Shown piece by piece: positions 13,413-27,000 of a stretch of DNA of 64,000 bases. The stretch lies in assembly GCA_964016885.1 (NCBI GenBank), contig OZ024745.1, forward strand, positions 22,568,001 to 22,632,000. Direction: 5' to 3'. A program made the position numbers and the translations under genes. Source of the DNA: Eledone cirrhosa. Lineage: Eukaryota. Within the stretch, counting starts at the first letter, position 1. Each line of letters begins with the position of its first letter. The notes beneath the pieces were generated by a model. That model searched no databases. It had not been told where the DNA came from and was given only the letters and a program-made list of their open reading frames with translations.

Positions 13413-14302
13413 ACTGTGTCATCTGAGACAAATGAATTTTACTATACCGTCATTAAGCCCGATTGTATCTGTATATGTATCAATATGTGTGTGTATTAGC
13501 TGCTGTTGTTTAGCTCCATTGTTGATCTATGAGAAATGACATTCTAGTTATAGCCACCGTTTTGTTTTTGTATATGCACTGTTGATAAATCTGGAGCGTC
13601 AACCCCTAATGTAGCAACCATGTCAGCATCAATGTCCTGGGGGGCTAAACCCTTTTTTCTACAGGTGCTTGATAACACTGCGATTCCATATTTTGTCCAG
13701 TTTCAAGTCGCTACTGGTTACATTTGCAATTTTCTTTGAAGTCAGATGTCGCTTTAACTAGAAGGAAACATAGTTATTAATAAAAAGAGGCGAAATTAAT
13801 GAATGCAAGATTTCACATCTCTAGCATCATTCTTTTAGTCAGCCTATGAATTTTCGGCCCAACCTCATAGTCGACAAATTGGCAGAGTCATTACAACGTC
13901 GAATAAAATGCTTCACCACATTTGTTCCGAATCTCTGCACCCTGAATTCAAATCCCGCCGAGGTCAACTTTGCCTTTCATCCTTGCGGGATCAATTCTTC
14001 CACTATATCTCTCTCTCACTTCCTCTGTCTCTCTCTCTCACTTCCTCTGTCTCTCTCTCTCTCTCTCTCTCACTTATTCTGTCTCTCTCTCTCACTTCTT
14101 CTGTCTCTCTCTCTCACTTCTTCTGTCTCTCTCTCTCACTTCTTCTGTCTCTCTTTCTCACTTCTTCTGTCTCTCTTTTTCATTTCCTCTGTCTCTCTTT
14201 CTCACTTCCTCTGTCCCTCTTTCTCACTTCCTCTGTCTCTCCTCTCACATACACACACTCACTCTCTCTCTCTCTCTCTCTCTCTCACATACACACACTC
14301 AC

Positions 14303-14337
<35 letters not shown>

Positions 14338-14343
14338 TACACA

Positions 14344-14389
<46 letters not shown>

Positions 14390-15532
14390 ATCTCTCTCTT
14401 TCTTCTGGAAGAAATCGGGTGTGTTCAGCCTCATCAGGTGTACAACTCGGAAGACACGCCATATATAACAATGGTGACCCGGTAGGGGTTGAGAGTATGT
14501 ACGTATTAGTTCTAGCAGGATGAACGACCATGTCGATGCTCCCACGTTAACTAATATTTATATATAGATCCACATGTATGGGAGTGTGTATGTGGAGTTT
14601 GATTTGTGTGCGTGTTAATGTGAGTGTGTGTACAAAGATTTTTGGACATTTGCACGGATATATTTGTGTGTAAATATGTAGGTGCATGTATGCGCAACCA
14701 TGCATGGATGCGTAAGTGTGAGTGCATATGTGTGTCTGGTTATGTGCGTGTGATATTGAGGTTTATCGGAAAATAGGTTCCTGCGTATAAATCTGTCTGT
14801 CTGCCTGTATGCATGTATGCATGTATGTATGAATGTATATATGTGTGTGTGTGTGTATGTGAGTATGTGTGTATGTGTGTATGTGTGTATGTATGTGTGT
14901 GTATGTATGTGTATGTATGCGTGTGTATGTACATGTGTCCGTGTTTATGCTAACGACCATTGTCTCTGTGTGAGTATAAGATCGTGTGATTGTGTGTATA
15001 TGTGTAAACGAGAAAGTGAAAGAAGGTGCAATATAAAATGTATGAAAGAATGATTTTACTTTATGTATGAAGAGTGTGTGTATGTGTGCGTGTGTGGGTG
15101 TGTGCGCGTGTGCATGTATGTGTGTGCATGTGCGCGTGTGTGTGTGTAAGAGTGCGAGTGCTTCGGCAAGAATGTTTGTCTTGGTACAAATATAAAAATT
15201 CTAATTGAATTTGTCTCACCTTCTGGGTATATATATGTATATATATTTATGTATATATATATATATGTGTGTGTATATATATATATATGTGTGTATATAT
15301 ATATATGTGTGTGTGTGTTGTGTGTATATATATATATATATATATATGCATATATGTATATATATATATGTATGTATATGTATATATATATATGTATATG
15401 TATGTATATATATATGTGTGTGTTTGTATATATATGTATATATATGTATATGTTTGTATATATATGTATATGTTTGTATATATATATATACACACACACA
15501 TACATATATAGATATACATATATGTATATATG

Positions 15533-15573
<41 letters not shown>

Positions 15574-15698
15574 CGAATGAATGAGTTCAGTAAAATGAGT
15601 TCAGTTACTTCGAAGTTTCGCCACAGGCTGGCGTTTCAGATAACACATACACACACATATAAATACATTCATATATATATATATATATATAAATTATA

Positions 15699-15767
<69 letters not shown>

Positions 15768-15836
15768 TTATGTATTTACATATATATGTACTTATGTATA
15801 ACATACACAAACTTTCATATATATACATACATACAT

Positions 15837-15944
<108 letters not shown>

Positions 15945-16005
15945 GAGAGTTTGTGTATATATATATGTAAATACATAAGTACATATATTTGTATGCATGC
16001 ATGTG

Positions 16006-16040
<35 letters not shown>

Positions 16041-16179
16041 AAGTGTACCCATCACACGGACAAACATACACATACACGCACACACATACACCTACACACG
16101 CACGCAGATCAGCACGTCACATCACATAGATGACACAACATCTGTGTATTTGCGTGATAAAACGGGATAGGCACATCGC

Positions 16180-16600
16180 CACCGCCACCACCAACAAAAA
16201 CAACACCACCGCCACCTTCTAACTCACCACCACCACCACCACCATCACCACCACCACCACCACCTCCTCCTCCACCATCACTACCACCACCACCACCCAC
16301 CACCACCACCCACCACCACCATCACTACCACCTCCACCACCACCACCACCACCATCACCACCACCACCACCACCCACCACCACCATCACTACCACCTCCA
16401 CCACCACCACCACCACTACCACCAGCATCACCACCACCACCATCACCACCACCACCACCACCCACCACCACCACCACCCACTACCACCATCACTACCACC
16501 TCCACCACCACCACCACCACTACCACCAGCATCACCACCACCACCTCCACCACCACCACCACCGCCTTCTCTGCCCTTCCAATCACGTCACCACCACCAC
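16180..16600. repeat. (CCA)n-rich repeat
   Basis: Directly visible. Confidence 0.95.
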
Positions 16601-16730
16601 CCTCTCACCTTCGCTCCTCCATACTTCCAATCATGTCACGAACGCAGCAGACGTCAGTTCTTTATTCGAAATAAGCGGTGTTAGAAATACTCTTTACATA
16701 CATACATACATACATATATACATACATATA

Positions 16731-16771
<41 letters not shown>

Positions 16772-16776
16772 ATACA

Positions 16777-16864
<88 letters not shown>

Positions 16865-17004
16865 CATACATATATACATACATATATACATATATACAGA
16901 TATACATACATATATGATGGCTGCCCCCTCGTTATCGAGTATGGCCATTGCACGATGTACCATTATTAATAATTATTAATTAATTCTATCGTGACCCGAC
17001 ATAC

Positions 17005-17425
17005 ATATATACATGGTGGTGGCTCCCAACTCGTTTTCGAGTACGGCCACTACTTTATATCCATGTAGGAGAACCCCTATCGAACCCCTACGAGTGTGAC
17101 GTTTTAGTCCAGCCAGCGACTTGAAAACTCTGGTACAAACACTACACTTGTGACAATTATTGACACATAGTGCTGGGCCCATGGTACCATGTGACGACAA
17201 GTGCAGAGAGATCTCCAGATATAAAGCAATGCCTTTGCCGAGAAGCTTTTATAGTGAGCAAAGGCAGTGCACAAAGCCAGTCCCACTCTCTTAACCAAGA
17301 TGATATTTACCAAAAAGAAGAACAAGTCAACATCATTGGATACCATCAGGGTTGCAGGGGTTATATCAGAGTTTTCCTTCTCCTAGAATTCTGCCTTGAC
17401 AAAGGCTAAGGGGTCATCTCTCCCG
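17005..17425 (-). mobile_element. Bipartite RTE-derived non-autonomous element (RTE 5' region joined to 3' end with C2H2 finger)
   Basis: Minus 5' part has CCCTTAGCCTTTGTC..CTAGGAGAAGGAAAACTCTGA; 3' part encodes CSVCTRVFKSLAGLKRH. Tail duplicated at 17475-17540; related tail at 16915-16995. Confidence 0.65.
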
Positions 17426-17607
17426 GATATATATATACATACATACATACATACATACACATATATATATATATACATGGTGGCTGCCAACTCGTTTTCG
17501 AGTACGGCCACTACTTTATATCCATGTAGGAGAACACCTATATATGTATAAGCCTTTACCACTCCACCTCCTCCTTTTTCTTTTTTTTTCTCATTATTAA
17601 TATCATA

Positions 17608-17649
<42 letters not shown>

Positions 17650-17671
17650 TTTATATACACATATATATATA

Positions 17672-17830
<159 letters not shown>

Positions 17831-17884
17831 TGGGGGAAGAACTGACTGAAAAATAAGGTGGAATATAATCAGAATTGACAATAG

Positions 17885-18905
17885 TAGTTTAACACCCAGG
17901 ATATCTATGAAAATTCAGTAAATGACGTTTCGGAATAACATCTTCATCAGATTAGAGAGAGTGGAAGAGAAAATGTACGTAAAAACGTAGAAAGATGAGA
18001 ACACGTGTGAAAATTGCTTCAAAGAATGGTGGGTGTAATGGGGTTGGTGCTAAACACTCTGCCAGGGAAAATAAGTAAAAGTCTTTATTGTATAATCATA
18101 TACATACAAGGTAAGCGGATTGCGTGTAAAAACACGAAGGGGACAAATATAGTGCTGCTTGTTGTTAGTGAAGTGTGGAGTGTTCGAGGAATTGTGGTGG
18201 TGAGTTCAATTTAGGTGTGTTGAAGATTTGTACTTTAAGACTAAATTGTTGTTTGCAGCTTAGCTTTAATTAGCGAGGCATGGGACATGGTAATGGAGAT
18301 AGAATCTCAAAACTCTCAAGATGTTGGTGGAATGTCTGGGTGACTGGAAGTTGCGGGAAACCTTTCCTGGCCGAATGTTATGAAGGTGTTTGTCTACTCG
18401 AGCTACCAGTTGAGTTTAGTGAAGGTACAGTTAAGTGAGTCTGAAATGTGGAAGGGTCCAGTAAAGATAGCAACGGAGTCGGGAGTAAATGTGAGATCTG
18501 GTGAGATGGGATGGGTGTTGTTGGGACGATTTAGGAATCCAAAGGTCACATAAGTTGCGGGAACGCTCGAAGTAGCGAAGAGGTAGCAGGGAAGTGGTGG
18601 CGAGTTGTAGGATCGGACTGGAGGAGAGGAATGTGCTTAACAAGGAGGGGCAAAGTGGCAGGGTGGTAATTGAGAGAAAAGAGGAAACGATTGAAGGTTG
18701 GGACAGTGATGACAGGGTGGTGGTACAGTCAGCTAGGCGGGTACAGATGAGGGTAGCTTGGTGTAGGAATGTGAAGAAACTGGCATCGATAGAAGTGCCG
18801 GACCATATTTGAAGACCGGATCTCAAATTCTTTGTCGTGGTTTCACAGACTCCGGAGGCGGTGAAATTGAATGTAAGGTATGACTCTTTTAATGTAGGAT
18901 GGATA
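17885..18905 (-). mobile_element. Decayed 5'-truncated Penelope-like element
   Basis: Minus translation IKRVIPYIQFHRLRSL*NHDKEF (PLE RT thumb IPYSQFLRLRRIC) and PLRYFERSRNLCDL (linker PxVAFRRxxNLRDLL); 3' HHR at 17921-17953. Confidence 0.8.
17921..17953 (-). ncRNA. Minimal hammerhead ribozyme at the PLE 3' end
   Basis: Minus strand: aat-CTGATGA-agatgttattcc-GAAA-cg-TC-att. Confidence 0.75.
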
Positions 18906-19112
18906 GAAAGATGTATATATCTATGTGTGTGCGTGTGGGTGTAAATATATGTTTATGTGTATATATATATATATTAAGCGAGATAGAAATAGCGAGAAGA
19001 GGGATAGGGCGCAAAAAATAACCCAAATAGAATGAAGGGTCACACGATTGAATAAAGTAAAATTGAAGTGAGTAAAAAAGAAGACTGGCGAAGCGAAAAA
19101 TGTATAGCTATA

Positions 19113-19167
<55 letters not shown>

Positions 19168-19169
<2 letters not shown>

Positions 19170-19365
19170 GAATGATCGACAATCGGAATATCGGCCCACG
19201 AAATCACGCTAAACAATATCCGACATGTGTGGCAGAGGGCTCAATAGTTTGGATAAACCAGAGCTATAACTATCGTTAAAATACCAACACACAGAGATCA
19301 TGCCTAAAATCACCCGTGCAGCCGAAAAAGAACGACCAGGAAGATTCGGGTCACTCAAATAAAAT
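19168..19365. repeat. Unidentified structured dispersed repeat, copy 1 (others at 35602-35657 and 38945-39135)
   Basis: Shared CGAnnnTCG, ATWTCGG..CCGA, GCTC..AGAGC, AACnnnnGTTAAAA, AACACAC-GAGA and CAGCC motifs. Confidence 0.65.
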
Positions 19366-19471
19366 ATCAATAAATTAATAAATTAATAAATTAAATGAAT
19401 GTAAAAAACTCACCCGGACCTGCTAGAAGGATGTTAAATTCTAGTTTTTGGGGTTTCTGCAATTTCTTCAT

Positions 19472-19635
<164 letters not shown>

Positions 19636-19699
19636 TTATTTATATATATATATATATGCATATATATTATATATATATATGCATATATATATATATATC

Positions 19700-19791
<92 letters not shown>

Positions 19792-20150
19792 TTTAGGTTT
19801 GTTGGTTCACCACTGGATAGAACTGGTCATTCCGTATAGTCAACCTTGATGTAATATTATGGAGAGCACTCAACGTAATGCAACTCACCTGTTTTCGTTT
19901 TGTGTAGTTGGTGGTTCGAGTACGGAGTTAATTATTATAAAATAACAGGAGGCTGGACTGGTGTAATTCCTTAAAGGTTTATTATACTATGATCATCTCA
20001 ATGACCGGGTTCAGTATGAATCCGGTGACATCATCGGGTATTCGAAATATAATAAAGGAATATAATCCATGGGGCTGAAGAGGCAGAGATACAAGAAGGC
20101 GGCCACACATTTAGCAGTTTCTAGTCAGGTCGGCCGCCTTCAAGTCTATT
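19792..20150 (-). mobile_element. Second copy of the 807-1283 pLTR-like family, with a mutated HHR
   Basis: Clear homology along its length. HHR at about 19986-20041 has CCGATGA and GAGA instead of CTGATGA and GAAA. Flanked by (TA)n. Confidence 0.75.
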
Positions 20151-20308
20151 AGGTTTATTATAATATATATATACATATATATATATAGTAATAATAAAAT
20201 TGAAGACTTAAATCCAAAGAGGGCTCGATAAGGATAAATATATATCAAATATATAAGAACCGTAGAGCAAATATTTATTAAAATAAACTTTAATCTATTA
20301 TTTTATAA

Positions 20309-20349
<41 letters not shown>

Positions 20350-20498
20350 GGAAAAGAGTCAGGACCAGAAATAGCCGTCGAAACGGCTTGAGCTCTGCCG
20401 TTGGGGTCCTACTCTTTTCCTATATATATATCTATATATATATATATATATCTATATATATATATATAGCGATTCTTTGCTTAAACTTTAATCTGCTA

Positions 20499-20609
<111 letters not shown>

Positions 20610-20743
20610 ATATATATATATTATTATATATTCGTGTACAGATATTTTTGCATACACAATAACAAAATATAAACAAACGTATTTATTTCACGAGGCTCGA
20701 TAAGGATAAATATATATCAAATATATAAGACCCCTAGAGCAAA

Positions 20744-20777
20744 TCCCGAGCAACGCCGGGTCATTCTGCGACGTAGT
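20744..20777 (+). mobile_element. Helitron 3'-terminal fragment
   Basis: CCCG-AGCAACGC-CGGG hairpin followed by TCATTCTGC..TAGT; nearly the same hairpin as at 9796-9811. Confidence 0.55.
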
Positions 20778-21515
20778 CATGTGCCTGTGTGGGTTGACCC
20801 GATTGTGCATTACGTGCTTCAGTATGTATTGCGTGCCTATCTCTATGGTGTATACACACATATATATATATATATATGTGCGTGTGTGTGTGTGTGTGTG
20901 TGTAACATTTGTCATGTGCTTCTGTACACTGGTGGTCAGAGTGTGTATATGTCAGTCTATTAGTATGTAAGTATATTTGCTGGTCTAGTCTTGTGTGTGT
21001 GTGTGTGTGTGTGTGTGAGTGAGTGTGTGTGTGTGTGTTGTTTATGTGTGAGTGTGTGTGTGTGTGTGTTGTTTATGTGTGAGTGTGTATGTGTGTGTGT
21101 TGTTTATGTGTGAGTGTGTATGTGTGTGTGTTGTTTATGTGTGAGTGTGTATGTGTGTGTGTTGTTTATGTATGTGTGTTGTTTATGTGCGTCTATGGAT
21201 TTTGTACAATATTTCTTATTTCTTCCCTGATTTATTTCTTTACTGTTTCCGTTTGTGGATGTTCTGATGTTATTGTTATTGTTGTTGTTGTTGTTGTTGT
21301 TGTCTTTACTCTTATTGTTGTTGTTGTTGTCTTTACTCTTGTTATTGGTGTTGTTGTTGTCTTTACTCTTGTTATTGGTGTTGTTGTTGTCTTTACTCTT
21401 GTTGTTGTTGTTGATGTTATCGTTGTTGTTGTTAGTGGTGGTTTTGTTCACTTGGTCCCTACTTTTTTTATTCTCGATATTGTTACAATAACGAGGTGAA
21501 TTTGTTGTTTCATTC

Positions 21516-21571
<56 letters not shown>

Positions 21572-21697
21572 TTATACATATATATATACATACATACATA
21601 TATACAATTATATATATATATATTATATACAGATATGTGTATATATATATGTGTGTGTGTGTTCGTATGCATACTTATATATATACATATATGCAAA

Positions 21698-21734
<37 letters not shown>

Positions 21735-22206
21735 ATTGCTGATTTCATCTGTATTGTTTTCCTGTATTCGTTTTCTTATTGTTATTGTTACTTGATTTCA
21801 TTTTACACCAACCCACACTAGAAGTGTGATTTAGTGACATAAATCATAGAATGGTGTTCGGTTGAGCTGTAGTCGTGATTGATTTTGATATTTCTCCCTC
21901 GGTAGCCAAAATAAATAAATAAATAAGTACTTCTACTACATTTGTGATAAAATCGATCGAGTATTCCCCACTCCCTACACACTGAGTTTGTCCTCTGTTG
22001 AATGATATTAAAATCTATTTTACGTTGTTACTGGAAGCAACTTTGCTTTTCACGACTTTTGCGGGATTCGTTATATAATAAACCTTACTAAGATATGATA
22101 GTAGTCTTCTATACACACTAGCCCAATAAACATTCACTTAGAGAAACCAGCATTATAAACTGCACCACTTCTAATGTAAATACTTAATAAAAAAAACATT
22201 ATCCAA

Positions 22207-23248
22207 TGCGATCTGTGACAAATACAGCTGTTTCCATAGTACCAAGGACAGAATCTCGTTACACATGTGACAGACCTCACTACATGAGATCTGTGACAAA
22301 TACAGCTGTTTCCATAGTACCAAGGACAGAATCTCGTTACACATGTGACATACTTCACTACACGAGATCTGTGACAATTACAGCTGTTTCCATAGTACCA
22401 AGGACAGAATCTCGTTACACATGTGACAGACCTCACTACACGAGATCTGTGACAATTACAGCTGTTTCCATAGTACCAAGGACAGAATCTCGTTACACAT
22501 GTGACATACTTCACTACACGAGATCTGTGACAATTACAGCTGTTTCCATAGTACCAAGGACAGAATCTCGTTACACATGTGACAGACCTCACTACACGAG
22601 ATCTGTGACAATTACAGCTGTTTCCATAGTACCAAGGACAGAATCTCGTTACACATGTGACAGACCTCACTACATGAGATCAGTGACAATTACAGCTGTT
22701 TCCATAGTACCAAGGACAGAATCTCGTTACACATGTGACAGACCTCACTACACGAGATCTGTGACAATTACAGCTGTTTCCATAGTACCAAGGACAGAAT
22801 CTCGTTACACATGTGACATACTTCACTACACGAGATCTGTGACAATTACAGCTGTTTCCATAGTACCAAGGACAGAATCTCGTTACACATGTGACATACT
22901 TCACTACACGAGATCTGTGACAATTACAGCTGTTTCCATAGTACCAAGGACAGAATCTCGTTACACATGTGACAGACCTCACTACACGAGATCTGTGACA
23001 ATTACAGCTGTTTCCATAGTACCAAGGACAGAATCTCGTTACACATGTGACAGACTTCACTACATGAGATCTGTGACAATTACAGCTGTTTCCATAGTAC
23101 CAAGGACAGAATCTCGTTACACATGTGACAGACTTCACTACATGAGATCTGTGACAATTACAGCTGTTTCCATAGTACCAAGGACAGATCTCGTTACACA
23201 TGTGACAGACTTCACTACACGAGATCTGTGACAATTACAGCTGTTTCC
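22207..23248. repeat. 78-bp minisatellite, about 13 near-identical copies
   Basis: Unit GATCTGTGACAATTACAGCTGTTTCCATAGTACCAAGGACAGAATCTCGTTACACATGTGACAGACCTCACTACACGA; the 26-aa periodic ORF confirms the period. Confidence 0.97.
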
Positions 23249-23482
23249 ACAATTTCCGTCGGCCGTATTTCATTCAAAGAGACTTGTTGTCTCGCGGATA
23301 TAATAGAAAGGATACGTGTCAAACGTGCGGCGGCATGGGCTAGAACCAAGTTTCTTAACCACAAACTCATTCTTCCACCGGTGGCTGAATGTGTTGGACA
23401 TTTTAAACCAGACAGAGCCCCTGCCCTCTCCAGTGCTCAACAGAGTCAGTTTTTTCCAGAGAGCGAGCGAGAGAGATAGGGA

Positions 23483-23520
<38 letters not shown>

Positions 23521-23523
<3 letters not shown>

Positions 23524-23933
23524 ACTGTAACTTGGGGTTACTGTAGGTTCGCCCGAGTGAGCACTCGATGTTTAGCTTCACATCTGTGTCGAGGCTTAGA
23601 GCTATACAGAGTGTAATATATTGAAAAGATAACAAGGACGATTGGTTACCCCTTCATTACATTTATTGGTAGGTGACGCGTGTTTCGCCACTGATCAGCT
23701 CAAGGTTCGATCTGTATCGATCTTACCCGACTCATTAATCCGCAGCTCGACGGACCCCTTTAAATGCTAGTAGAAAATGAATACATGTATTCATTTTCTA
23801 CTAGCATTTTAAGGGGTCCGTCGAGCTGCGGATTATTGAGTCGGGTAAGAATCTTGAGCTGATCAGTGGCGAAACGCGCGTCACCTACCAATAAATGTAA
23901 TGAAGGAGTAACCAATCGTCCTTGTTATCTTTT

Positions 23934-23942
<9 letters not shown>
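23521..23942. mobile_element. pLTR-like unit forming a palindrome of about 320 bp with two divergent HHR-like motifs
   Basis: Symmetry centre 23785/23786; arms 23618-23785 and 23786-23942. HHR-like motifs at 23672-23756 (-) and 23815-23885 (+), each followed by AATAAA. Flanked by (TA)n. Confidence 0.75.
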
Positions 23943-23966
<24 letters not shown>

Positions 23967-24040
23967 CAGTCCAGTACTGGACTCGATATTTTTCATTATA
24001 TCTTTTTCTCACTTTGTTTCTATCACCTTCTCCCCCACCC

Positions 24041-24092
<52 letters not shown>

Positions 24093-24174
24093 GGAGAGAG
24101 GTGGGGGAGAAGGTGATAGAAACAAAGTGAGAAAAATATATAATGAAAAATATCGAGTCCAGTACTGGACTGAT

Positions 24175-25445
24175 TTTATTCCTCCACCTCGAGAGGTTGA
24201 AAGGCAAAGGTGATCTCAGCGGGATTTGAACTCAGTGTTCATAGAACTAGAAGGAATCCTGCAAATCATTATATCTGGCATTCTAACAACTCTGCCAATT
24301 GGCTACCTCCACTGCTATATAAAGACTTGAAATACAAAGATCAAATTATAGATGCAAATGTGGTAGTGATGGCAGAAACAGTATGTTCTGCCTCAAATCT
24401 CGCCAGAGTCAATATTTTGTAATATATTGCTACAGGTTATATTGGAGTTAATCTTTGAAATTTAATGTATTCAATTCTCTCTCGTGACTTTGTAGAAAAA
24501 TGTATTTTCGTGTTTCTTTTTATAGCTTTCAGTCCTCTGATGCGATCAAAGACGCACTAGCAATTTAGTGTTGTTATATATTGGTTTCTGATTTAAGCAC
24601 ATGGCCAACAATTTTCCGGAAGGAAGAAATGGTTTAAATCGACCCCATTTTATTACTGCTACTTTTTTTTTATCGATCCCGTAAAGATGAAAATTCAAAG
24701 CCAACAGCGGGATTTGAACTTTGAATGTAAAGAGACTTAACTCTATGCTGCAGAGCATATTGTCCGACGCTCTCCAGATACTGCCAATCTACCGCCCTTA
24801 GTATTGTTATATATACTGACGTGGATTGGCAGTATCGGTAGAGGGTCGGACGCCATGCTTTACAGGATAGAGTTACGGCCCTTGCCATTCTGAGTTCAAA
24901 TCCCGCCGAGGTTAACTTTGCCTTTCATCCTTACTGGTCGATAAAATAAAGTACCAGTAATGCACTGGGTAATTGCTGGGTAGTTGCTGGCCTTGTGCCA
25001 AACGTAGAAACAATTATTACATATAGGCGGTGGATTGGCAGAATCTGTAGAGCGTTGGACACGATGCTTTGTAGCATAGAGTTATGACTTTTTACGTTCT
25101 GAGTTCAAATCCCGCCGAGGTTAACTTTGCCTTTCATCCTGGCGAGGAAGATATATAAAGTACCAGTAATGCACTGGGGTAATTGCTGTCCTTGAGCCAA
25201 AAGTAGAAACAATTATTACATATAGGAAGGTGGTCGTTTGGCAAAATAGGTGGTCGTTTGGCAAAAAATGTGGGACAGAATTATTTGGGGCATCTAGTTA
25301 CGACGCATTATGTTTTGAGTTCAAATCCCACCAAGATCAACTTCGCCTTTTAGAGATCAATAAAATTAAATACCAATTAAGTTCTGGGTCGATAAACGAT
25401 TTCCCCTCCCCATAAATTGTTTGTCTTTTGCTCAAATTAGAAATC
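24175..25445. mobile_element. Cluster of five family A SINEs: 24175-24308 (-), 24582-24797 (-), 24820-25018 (+), 25025-25216 (+), 25228-25445 (+)
   Basis: Same head/B-box/body/tail motifs; AATTATTACATATAGG duplicated around the 25025 copy. Confidence 0.85.
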
Positions 25446-26494
25446 CTTCTACAAATACATTGATAGACTTCTTGTTCCGATTCATTGGAAATCAGAATGA
25501 AATGCTATATTGTCATCTGTTTTTCTCATACGAAATTCTGGGTTCGAATTTCATCGTAGTTAACTGTTTTTCGTGTATAGCAATTGTGATGATGTACGAA
25601 AGTCGGTTGAACAGATCATATGTTGACTATGAGTGATTGATGCTAGAACAGTGAAATCTTGCATGCATTAATTTCAAATATCTTTTTAATAACTGCATTG
25701 TTTCTTTCCAGGGACTATGTTGAAAAATAAAGCTCATTTGATTATTCCATGAGAGTATCTTAGCCAGTCTATGAATTTTCAGTCTATGAACTTTTCAGTC
25801 GAACCTCGTAAACCTGTGTTGTTTGGGTATTATATATTTCAGGCCGTAAAACTAAAAGTGGGTAACACTAAAATATTCGCATTTGGGGTATAAACCTTTT
25901 TATGATGTTGTTGCTCTTATTGCTGGCTAACCCCAACACAGCTGACAATGCCCCCACTTATGAAACCCTACTATTTTAAAGAAAGCAAAAGAACATTCAG
26001 TAATGTACTTCTAGATACTTTGTCTATAAAGAAAATAAATCAGTATGGTCACTTCTAGAACAACTTCAATTGTAGGCCTGAGGATAAAACAGTCCTATGA
26101 GCAAAGAGTTTCAATCCGCGACCACCTAGTTCTTTTTTATCAGATATAGTATATCTAAGACTACATTATCGAACGTGTATTTCCTTTCTTAAACTGTCAT
26201 ATGTAGGAAATTTCTCTACTATTTACAGAAGATCGAGCAACGTCGAAGAAGCTTCTTCATTGCTGGGAACAAAATATCATATAGGGTACAAAATCTCGTC
26301 TTGTAGAACCATCTTAATTACATCCTCATCCCTCTCTCCACCTTCCTCGTAATTAACTTGCAGTATTTACTTAGGTCCTTTTGTGTTCTGAGTTCAATCT
26401 ACGATGGTCAACTTTTAATCCCCCAACAGAAAACAAATTGCAGCTATGTATCTAAGTTGGAAAATCTTATAATATTTTTTTTTCATATATCCGA

Positions 26495-26619
26495 ATCGAC
26501 AAGATCCCAGACGTCCATCGCTTACAGAATGTGGTGAAATTTGTGAAATTGGACCAAGAAAACAATTTTTCCATCAGTCTTTCCAAATGCTGATACTATC
26601 TACTGGTCGCAACACCTGG
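26495..26619 (+). pseudogene. Frameshifted coding-derived fragment paralogous to 2990-3115
   Basis: Nucleotide and protein similarity with the same boundaries (ATCGACAAGATC...CCTGG). Confidence 0.5.
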
Positions 26620-26699
26620 AAAAATAATAAATAAAGACCAATAATTGCCTGAATGGAATAGTTTAACCCCTCTATACATTTAATCGAATTATGTCCTAA

Positions 26700-27000
26700 G
26701 TGGTTTCTAATTTAGGCACAGGGCCACCAAATTTATAATATGAGCAAAATTGATTAAATCAATCCAAAATAGTTTACTGGTATTTTAATTTATCGATCCC
26801 GGAAGAATGAAAAGCAAAGTTGATCTTGGCAGGAATTGAACTCAGAACGTTAAAGTTACAGTTCTTTATGTTCCAACGTCAACTTTGCCTTTCATCTTTC
26901 TACGGTCGATAAAATGAAATACCACTAAAGTACTGGGCTGATATAACCATCTTTCCTATCCTAACAAATTGCTGGCCTTGTGCCTAAATTAGAAATTATT
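26700..27000. mobile_element. Head-to-head pair of family A SINEs
   Basis: 26700-26860 (-) and 26860-27000 (+) carry the same body and tail motifs. Confidence 0.7.

Noticed and set aside
19295-19350. Resemblance to a dicistrovirus IGR IRES (ATGCCTA..GCAGCC..CCAGGAAG)
   Set aside because: Only CAGCC is kept in the second copy, and the required pseudoknots could not be built.
22207-23248. CRISPR-like array
   Set aside because: Units are contiguous and near-identical with no unique spacers; no cas genes; eukaryotic context. The same applies to 29388-29950.
22207-23248. Tandem HHR array (minus strand GAAAC-AGCT-GTA resembles stem III)
   Set aside because: No CTGANGA core in the unit.
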